Below, in pieces: positions 1-9,700 of a stretch of DNA of 64,000 bases. This DNA comes from Tubiluchus corallicola. Lineage: Eukaryota > Animalia > Priapulida. Under the pieces are notes generated by a model. The model made no database searches. It was not told the origin of the DNA and saw only the letters and a program-made list of their open reading frames with translations. The position numbers and the translations under genes were made by a program. The stretch's first letter is position 1. Every line of letters begins with the position of its first letter. The DNA lies in the NCBI GenBank assembly GCA_030141605.1, contig JAQGDQ010000134.1, positions 124,001 through 188,000 on the forward strand, written 5' to 3'.

Positions 1-1801
1 CTGGCTAAACAAGAAGAGTGGTCCATAATTTTGAGTATCAGATTACTTGTATAGAACGAAAAAAACAAATGCTGCAGTGAGTTACCAATTCCAGACGTAG
101 CTAAGCATTCTCCATTCATCGAACGTGTCTGTGCTGTTTAAATTTATGAACTTATCTTATTACCTTGTGCCCAATTGTAGCTCTTATGCAATTTTTACTG
201 CTTTACTCACATTCAGTGGTATGATAGTAATCTTATACACGCAAAGCTAAAACTTCTTTCTCTATAGACCTAAATCTTACCCGCAGCTATATTGATTAGT
301 AGTATATTACTCTCTAATGCAAATCACTATTGGGAATATTGGTCTGTGGTATTTGCTAAACCTTGCCCATAATCCTGGCTGCATAGATCCACTGAACGAA
401 CAATATTATACTTGATGCGCTCAAATATATCCGAGGTTTCAATCTATACATGGTATTTGTCTACAATCTCTTTGCTATTGGATTGCAGCGCGGAGTAATA
501 TTTTGATAGAAAACACCAAGACGAAAAGTAGGCCATGATGCGATGGAGAGGGGGGGGGGTGAGTCTTAGCCGCTTAATCGATTGTATATGTATATTTACT
601 ATTAGAGTAGTTTTCGCGCAAGTTTTCTCTAGAACAAGTGGTGGTTTTGTTGTAAGAACAGAAAATATTTGAGTCCTTATCCAGTTGCTAGCACTGCATT
701 TCAAAGACATCATTGGAAATTTTACCGTTAGCTCCCTGGTAGTAAAACTAGCACTTAGTATTGCTATTTTGGTAATGCTAATTAAATTTGTGATTATACG
801 AGACTAAATTACCACTTTTAAATAAGAATGAAATTTCTCGAGTTGACTCAAATACTGTAAAAAAATAAAATTGTATCTAGCTGGACCGTTTGTTGGGTAT
901 TTTTAAACCAACGTGGTGTACTACAAGTTTATTAAGTCGTTTAAACTTTGGTTTATCTGGTTTTGTCATAGTCACAGGTGTCGAGTAGGCCTGTTAAATT
1001 ACTTTATTCTGTGATGAAGTAGCCATGAGCTGCACAAAAATCGTATGGAACTAATAGTGTATAGAAATTTCAAGTTTTAAGTGCGACTGATAAGCGTGTG
1101 TGTCCAGTATTGACGACTTTTGCAAAAAATTCCCCGCTCTGATTGCATAATACAGATTCATTTTGATTTTAAATGAATAAGAGCTTCATTTCGCGTTGTG
1201 TTTAGCCAAATGAGCCTGCCTGACCTCCTGCCTGACCTTCCATATCGTGCTAATTTCAGCTGGAGAAAAACAAAGACTTGGTTGACATATGTTTCTGCTC
1301 ACTTCACGCTAGGATGTTTTCTGTTTGTTGTTGGAGTTGTTTGTTATTGGTTCAACACTTTCAGATCAAAACAAACAGGATACGGAATTTACGAGGGCTT
1401 AGGGAGAACCGTGTCAAGAACGATTTATGAACTATGCCAAAGCTGATTTGCATTTTTTTCTGGATTTACAAGAACAACAGTGAAAATTGGCTGGCAGCAG
1501 ATGACAACACAACTAAGCTGCTAGAGCCCCCTATTCCGTATTAAGAAAAACTATAAATAGTTGAAATAATCTTGTTTGTTTTGACGTGCAAAAGCTTTAC
1601 TTCAACGCTAAAATGTATTCTTGATTAAATTAAAAACCACTTAAATAGAATGCTGCGAAGACAAAATGCAGCAACAAATTCAGTTATGTGCTTAAAATGG
1701 AATAAGTTGCTTTAAAAGGGAAAAGTGCCTACTGCTTAAAAATTTCGCTTGTTGTCATTATCTCACTTCTAATTAAAGATCACATTCTTGCTCGTTATAA
1801 T

Positions 1802-2228
1802 AAGGGGCGTATCAACACCTTATGACGCCCCCAGGCTGATACCTCTGTCCCGCCCACCTCTATTGTGAATTTATCGCTGTGCATGTCATGAATAGATTAA
1901 ATAATTACTTGTGGTGTATTAGAAACACTATTAATCTAGTCTCAGCGTGGTCATTATTAATTACTTGTATTGCATAGCGCTTATATTCAAGCGGACCGTG
2001 CAACAGCCTGTTGTGTAATAATACCTTGCACCTGTTCGTTACGTTGCACTTATATAAAAGCGGCGCTCAGTAACTACCTATGGTGTGTTATAAAATGTGC
2101 CCTTTACACGAATATGAAAGTATACCCATTTTCCGAGGAGAATAAGAATTTTTTCTAAAATGTGACGCTCCTCAAACTTTGGCGCCCTAGGCTATAGCTT
2201 AGTTAGCCTATTGGTTAATACGCCCCTG
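1802..2228. mobile_element. hAT-type MITE
   Basis: TIRs aaggggcgtatcaac / gttaatacgcccctg; 8-bp TSD gttataat / gttataac; GGCGCCC subterminal motif. Confidence 0.85.
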
Positions 2229-2559
2229 GTTATAACAGACTATATAGGACCAGCGTAGAAATACTTTACAAACTTTCCGCGAATCACTACGCATTCAGCA
2301 TAGCGAGTTTTCTCGCTAAGTAACTTGCAATTGTGTTCAGACTATAGAGCAATACCTTCGAGTTGCTCTTCGACTAAGCTGACTCTGTCTTCTCGATTCA
2401 TTGCAAGAAGTGTCAAGAGTAACATGCCAAGGTCTCTTCCTACTAGACGACAATAACGGCAACTTCAGATTAACGAGTGGCAAGAATTTTCAAACTCTCT
2501 GGCACTAAATGAATACGCTTGTGTTCACATTTGTGAGTTTGCTGTCTGAAAGAAAACTC

Positions 2560-2720
2560 GCTCGTGTGACACGATGTTAGTTCAGTTATTGCATTTTTGC
2601 GCCATCTGCCGATTGTTTTGTAATTTACTGAATGGTTGTGAATGCGCACGTGGCCACGTGACTGTCGTAAGTCGCGACGCTTTTGTCTGATACGCTTCGC
2701 TTCACAGGCAGTTAAAAATT
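2560..2720 (+). promoter_or_regulatory. Putative Ror promoter (CpG-rich; palindromic double E-box CACGTGGCCACGTG at 2647-2660)
   Basis: Local CpG enrichment immediately upstream of the signal-peptide ATG; motif read directly from the sequence. Confidence 0.5.
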
Positions 2721-2776
2721 ATTTGCTCATAGCACAGCTAGCTGTAACAATTTTGTGTACAGTCAAAGGATTAGTA

Positions 2777-2862
2777 ATGAAAGTTCTTATCTTGAGTTTA
2801 GTAATTTGCTGCACTGTTTTGAAAGCAAAACCAAGCCGCCTTCCGGACATTCGTAATGACAG
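2777..2862 (+). CDS. Ror: Ror exon 1: signal peptide ([19 protein letters not shown]...)
   Basis: ATG, basic residue and hydrophobic core; donor AG|GTATCA in phase 2 joins exon 2 in frame; lies just downstream of a CpG-rich promoter-like patch. Confidence 0.75.
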
Positions 2863-3716
2863 GTATCATTGTTGTGTCATACTTATGTAGGCAAACTCAT
2901 TTTGTGTCTACTTGGTGGTATTATTCGAAATTTATTTTTGTTAAAGAAATTTCTGACTTGCAATTTGCTAGCACGCTCCTCATATTATGCATGAAACTGA
3001 TATCATTACGCCTGTTGCATAATCATGAGTGTTCAATTTTTAAACTTTAACTTTAAGTTTAAGCCTAGCACCAGATTTTGGTTTTTGAGTTTTCCTGAGT
3101 CAGTATTATTGAAGTAGTATTTGTAACATGGACTTAGTAGCTAACCATGGAAGACCTACACATAAGCTTGAACAATAAGTGATTATTAGAAAATTGGTTT
3201 CAGTGATTTTTAATGGAATTTTCACTGTTCAAAGTGCTCAAATTTGATTGTGCATGCTGCAGTTACATATTAGTAATCACATAAATCTATAAATACATCA
3301 TAAGCAGCGTATTTAAAATTTCGCGATCTTGTGCATATTACTATGCTTTATCTGATAAAAGTGATTTAAGTTAATGCTTTGATTTCCTTTTTAAAATAGA
3401 TGAATATAAGTTTTGGCCTCTTGTTTCGATAGTCTCATGTAATTGAATAGTCGCTCTACCCTTTGTCTATTTTTTGTGTGCACTTCATGGGGCAGTCGCT
3501 GGCTTCGTGTTGACGCCCAGCTAGCCTGTAAACGACCGACGCGTTTTTCTTTGTTTGGTATTAGCATAAATTATTGATTTTAGAATCTTGGGATATGCCG
3601 TCTATTTCACTATCACAACGAATTTGGGGGATACCAGTGTTGTCTTTTTTAATGCAGTCTACATTATAACTCTACTATCAAATTTGTGAGACATTATTAT
3701 TATTATTATTATTATC

Positions 3717-3761
<45 letters not shown>

Positions 3762-6700
3762 CATTATTATTATTATTATTATGGATTTTCGTAGCTAGGG
3801 TTAAAACAAAATTGCACAAAGGGATTTCCAGAAAAGTTGATATTTCAGTATTAACACTGCTCCAAAAAGATTATTTTTACTGTTTTTTTACTGTTTGTTG
3901 TTTCTAAAAGGTTATAGAGAGAGTTTGGTAGTGTTAATAATAAATTTAACGAGGATAACCAAGTTGATATCCTTGGATATCTTCGTTACTCTTGTTAATA
4001 TAATGGTGCGATCACACTACCAGTTTAGCTAAATCACAGATTGTTATTGTTTCTCGAAGTTCTTTTATCATTGTTTGTACTGTACCTAAACTACGCACCA
4101 TGCCTTTGATTTTGGCGCAAAACGTGCTAAACTTTTTCACCTGCGCGTGCTTTAATTGAGTAATGAGCGTAGGAATGTAGATGCTTCCATTTAAGTGCAG
4201 AAAAACGTGTTAGCGTTAATACCGTTGTCTTCAAGTCGTTGAATGTCTGTCTGCACTCGGCACCGCTTTGTGCAGTAGGTTTTTGTAGCCCTCTGCCTCA
4301 GAGTGTCAGTAACGAATAAGTGACATCTGTTTTACCATGAAACCGGAGACAGATACGCGATATGAGGTTCTTAAAAGTACCCCCATCTTTACGTTATGCT
4401 GTGAATGTAGCCGAGCTGTAGTAGAATTGACTGCCACTTATTTGTTAATGAAGTCCCCATGGAGAAGAGGTTGAACTGGCACAAGATAGACGTTTAACAC
4501 AAGCTGCGTTGTTGAGAAAAAAGGGTGTGCTTATGTGCTCAAAAATATGCGTGAGAACTCCAAAAGAAAGATTTCAAGTTAAGTATTATTGCACTTGGTT
4601 TGCAGCTGGATTGGGTTGGTTTACACTTGGATATTGCAGCTCTTGTAGCAATGAGTCTGGTAGTAAAGGCTAATATGTACAATTTGGGGAAGATATCAGT
4701 AGTTCTATACTAAATAGCTGCATGCTCTTGCTGAATACAGGCTGCTGGACATCAGTGTTTAGTTTAGGAACTAATGCCATATTAAAATGTGCACAGACAA
4801 CATCCTTGTTATAAGGCGCTTATTCAGGATACGTTTTGATGTACAAGTGTAGTTGGGTCTACTGTATCCATAATTCAATGTCAGCCACACCTTACAGTCT
4901 TTGCTGTCTGTCTCAAGTCAGGAAACAGTTCTTACAAATCCAGTTTTTTCCCTCTTGAAGGCATCGTATCTGTGAAATTCTATGTGTGTGTGTGTGCCAG
5001 GAAATTATTTGTACTGAGCTTCGTTTTACAGAAACTTTTTAGTCTTTATCAACATTCTTATCCTCTTTTTTTTACTGTAACTCTTTAGTCAATTCTACCA
5101 ATAGCCATTTTCCTTTGTTTGGGGATATTGATTTAAAAAGAGACAGTTATATTTTTTCACTTTGTTGATGGCTATTAGATCTGAACCAGATCAAAATGTG
5201 CTGTTTTAACTTGACATTTTATACAGTCACTTCTGGTTTTGGCAGGTGCATCATTTAATTACCTCCTGTGTTTACTTACAGTGATTTGTGGTCTGGTGGT
5301 CTGGCCAGTGAAGGAGGCAGTGAGCCATCATGTACTCTCTACCGTGGGAGCTCCTGCAGAACACACCTAACGAACAAGTAAGTTTCTCAAATATACTATA
5401 TAATATATCACTATAATGACACTTATAAATGAGCGAATTTTGATGATTGGGTCAGGTTCCGGTCTAACCCCAACCATACAGTTTAAGTAAGACGTGCAGT
5501 TGAATGATATATTCTGGCTTGCTTGATTCTGAATTGTGTAAAAACATTTTTGTCTAAGTCAAGCAAACTAATTTGGGTTCTGGTGGTGTGTGGGTGGAGT
5601 AAGACACCTTAACTGATTGACATGGCTTCCACTGTGAACAGAAGTGCTCTTGAAGGGCAGTGAAAGCTCTTATAAGAATGCTTATGACAAGCTAGCTTGT
5701 AAGCTACCATCACAATAAGGGATGCTTCCCCGAGTATGGAAAAAGTGCTGGAATGAAAAGGCCCAAATGTGCATTTTTCCCCGGGAGCAAACGCATAGCT
5801 GATATGACAAACACAATCATTATAAGATTGTTTCTGTTAATGTATCAATGTCTTTTAAGTTATTAACAATTATTGTTTCTTACAAATGTGATCGACATGT
5901 CGTATGCATAAACATTTGCATATCTGAGATATTTGTTTTTTGACTTTTGCTATTGGTTTCTTGGTTCTTTTCAAAAATGTAGGGTGTTGCTACTTAATGT
6001 TTTAGATTTTGGTCCATGTCCCCTTTGTTTTTCTTTAATATACTAGTTGTGATGATGATATTATACTAGTTGTGATGATGATATTATACTAGTTGTGACG
6101 ATGATATTATCAACAGTCTCATTTTCTTGTTGCTTTCTCTAGGTATGTGTATGCCAAAGACAACTTCTACATGTATAACACAGATCAAAAGATGGCAAAA
6201 GCTCTGACCTTGATCGCTTCCTCAAACGAATTATCGGAGAACTGTCGCACGTTTGCCATCCCGTCGTTGTGCTATCATGCCTTTCCAACCTGTGACGGCG
6301 ACTCGGTGAGACCGCTACCGCGAAAAATCTGCAAGGACGAATGTCTGATGCTAGAAGACGACATCTGCAAGAAAGAGTACTTGCTGGCAAAGGTTGCAAG
6401 CTTGATAATTAATCATCCTGAATTTAGAATGATTTTGATTTGTTTTCATTAATACACTTATTGCCTTTAATTCTTACTGTTATTTCAATAAACTTTTTAC
6501 TTCAGCAGGTATTGTGGCCTATGTGATGACCACATCTATCATTAAAAATTATGTTAGATTAACACTATAAAATTGATTTTTAATCTGAGAAATTATCCAA
6601 ATGAAATAATAAAGGGAGGCTGCACTGGCTTGATTTTTTTCTGAGTTTTGGTTGGCAGTTCATGTTCAGACTATTGTATTATTAAAGACAATTTTCCAGA

Positions 6701-9700
6701 TTTCTAATGTGTGGTTGTTTCATCAGGTTCTGTTTCCAAACTAGACAGAACTTGCAATGTTGTTATTTTTTTGTTTTTTTGGCCGTACTTTGAAAAATGA
6801 GATCAGTTTATGGTGTCCTCCACTAGATCTAATGATAAATTTTGCTCTCATTCAATTACAGGCACATCCAGATTTGAAAGATAAGGCCATCTTGCCGCGA
6901 TGTGACCTTCTGCCGGACATTGACAGCCCAGAAGGGCAGCGCTGCATTAGAATTGGGGTATCTCAGCTGGCGTCCGTTAATCCAGGTAAGTTTTTTCACT
7001 GGCTTCAGCTGCACGAGGAAATCTTGTAAAACATTTTTCGCTTGTCGCTTTTGCTAAATATTTAAAATCCTCTCACTTTTTGTTTCTGTGCATATTTGAG
7101 GCTAACTAGCATGATCAATGGTTACTTGTTTTACGGTAATAAAAGAGATTTTGCACACTAATGTGAAGAAAAATCAAAGCAAAAATAGGTTTAGAATTGT
7201 CAGTAGAGAATCTCAGCCTGAACTACAAAAATGACCTCTAAAACGGCCATAGTAAATGACACAGTCATTTGGTTGACTGTGTTTTCTACTGGCCATTCAC
7301 AGGTTATTTTTCTATAATAGGTTTAGTAAGAATGTTTACTTCATCAAAATTTAATTCAGTGGAAATAGCTTTTCTCACGTAATGGCTGAACGTGATATGT
7401 GTAAAATTCTAACACCTGCAACACTAGTTAGTCCAAAATTTTTTGTAATGGTGAATTTGCGCTGGGTAGGCATCCAGTCATTAATGCAGAAAATTTATTG
7501 GCCACCTATTCGTTCTGGTAATAGAGTGAAAGATAAAATGGAAGTGTTACTTAGAAAATGATGAAAATTTTTATCCTTGTCGACTAAGCGGACATTGGAA
7601 AACAGTAAGAGAAACTGTATAGGTTTTCTAGATTTAACTATTTATGTTCTACAAAGTTCTTCAAATATGCATGCATATAAGTGTGTTTACACCATATATC
7701 TGTCAGGAGATGAGATCATTTCTATGACAGGGTGCCAACTCAAAGGAATGTTTATGACGCGACTAGAGCCTGACTAAGCTATCCTGAGTCAAACCTCCAA
7801 GATGAAGTACTAAATCGGCAGAGATATCTCTCCACAATTTGAATGTATAGTTACATCTCCCTCTATGGGGTATAAACCCCCTAGATATATGCAATAAACT
7901 GAATGTAGTAGTTGCTTGAACCTGCACAATATGCATTTTGCATGGCAACTGATTTACCTGTAATAGTTATTTTTACTGATTACCTGCATGCATTTTACTT
8001 GTTTAGCTCACACCTGCTATGACAGCACCAACTCTGGTATTTCATACCGTGGCGATGTATCTGTCACCAAGTCTGGCTATGAGTGCCAGCGCTGGAACTC
8101 GAACACGCCTCACCATCACTTCATCACTGCCTCGGCGAATCCTGGGTTGACCGGTGGTCACAACTATTGCCGCAATCCAGGCAGCAAAGAGAAGCAACCG
8201 TGGTGTTTTACTATGAATGAGAATGTGAGGATGGAGCTCTGTGACATACCTCAATGTAGTACGTATTGCTTGCTTGCTTTCCCAATGTGATGTTGCTTGC
8301 AGTTTAACAATGATCCTTGGTTACTAGCGTGCTATGATTGCTTGTTAAGTATCGCTGATTCATAATAATCTTATTCTTGTAATTCGATATCACGATTGGT
8401 CTTTTGCGGGATTTTTTTAGTGTTTTAGCTATATTTTTCGAACATTGGACCACTGAAATATAGCCTATAAACTATCGCTGATTCATAATAATCTTATTCT
8501 TGTAATTCGATATCACGATTGGTCTTTTGCGGGATTTTTTTTAGTGTTTTAGCTATATTTTTGCGAACATTGGACCACTGAAATATAGCCTATAAACTTC
8601 TTCATGGCTTTCGTCACTGTCTGCCATTTTCGTATTGCCAACTGTAGTTTACAATTGTGTGCATTGTGTAAGGTGAGAAAAACGAAAAATGCTAGAATTT
8701 CATTTATTTGTGTGCTAACTGCTTTTTTATCAGTGTGTAACACGTATATTTTACTCTTGATTAATCTTCAATCACCGATTGCATCGATATATATATATAT
8801 ATGGTTGTAATCCTGATTAAACTATAAATCGCCCATCACTAATATTGATTCAGATAACTTTTGTCCAATAAGTTGATCACGTTTGTACAGTGTTTAATTG
8901 CCTATTGATGCTTTACAATTTTAACTTTTTTCTAAAATTAATGAAATAATCTTTTCGTATACTTTCGTATTGCATTTGTGGTGAATAGTTCTTGTCTTCC
9001 ATTATCACGCCTACTCAGCAGAGCAGCACGCTGTATCTTTGACATCAAAATAATAAAATCTGCAAACTTTTTTATGAAAAGTTACCTGAAAGAGCGAAAA
9101 TAGTGAAAATCGCAATACCACTACCCGTGGAAATCTTGCATGTGCATCTGACATTCTGTGTCAAAATTTTTAATTTGCTTTATAGCCTCATCTGGTGGCG
9201 AGGAACTGAACGATTTGCTATACATCATAATTCCGGCAATAGCAATTCCTGTTCTGATCATGATAATCATTGTTGCTTACTGTGCTTGCCGTCGCCGTCA
9301 GAACTCGCCGGTGAAAAGAAGGTTAGTATATTTGTGTTTGATACTGTTATTAGTATTTTATTATGCTTCTCTGTTAATATGCTTGTTGTAGTAAATTGTT
9401 TATAATGCCTAAGTTCATTCTAGTTTTGGCAAAGCTACAAACTAATGAAGATGACATGTTGTTTATGTGCAAAGAATAATGGGTGTTTGCAGGAAAGGTA
9501 AATTTTGAAGAAGGTTCATAATAGCTTTAAATTAATTGCCGTAAATGTTAATCAACTCACCGACTGTCCTCAGGGGTAGGCTAATGACGGGTAGACATTC
9601 AACAGGCAGACATATCTCAGTTTGCTGGACAACAGTAGGGAGACGGACCAAATTTTGTCTATCTTTTCCGATATCCGTAAAAGCGAGGTCCAGATATGAG

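Noticed and set aside
3686-3907. Poly-Tyr/poly-Leu ORF resembling a membrane peptide
   Set aside because: Simply the translation of a (TTA)n microsatellite.
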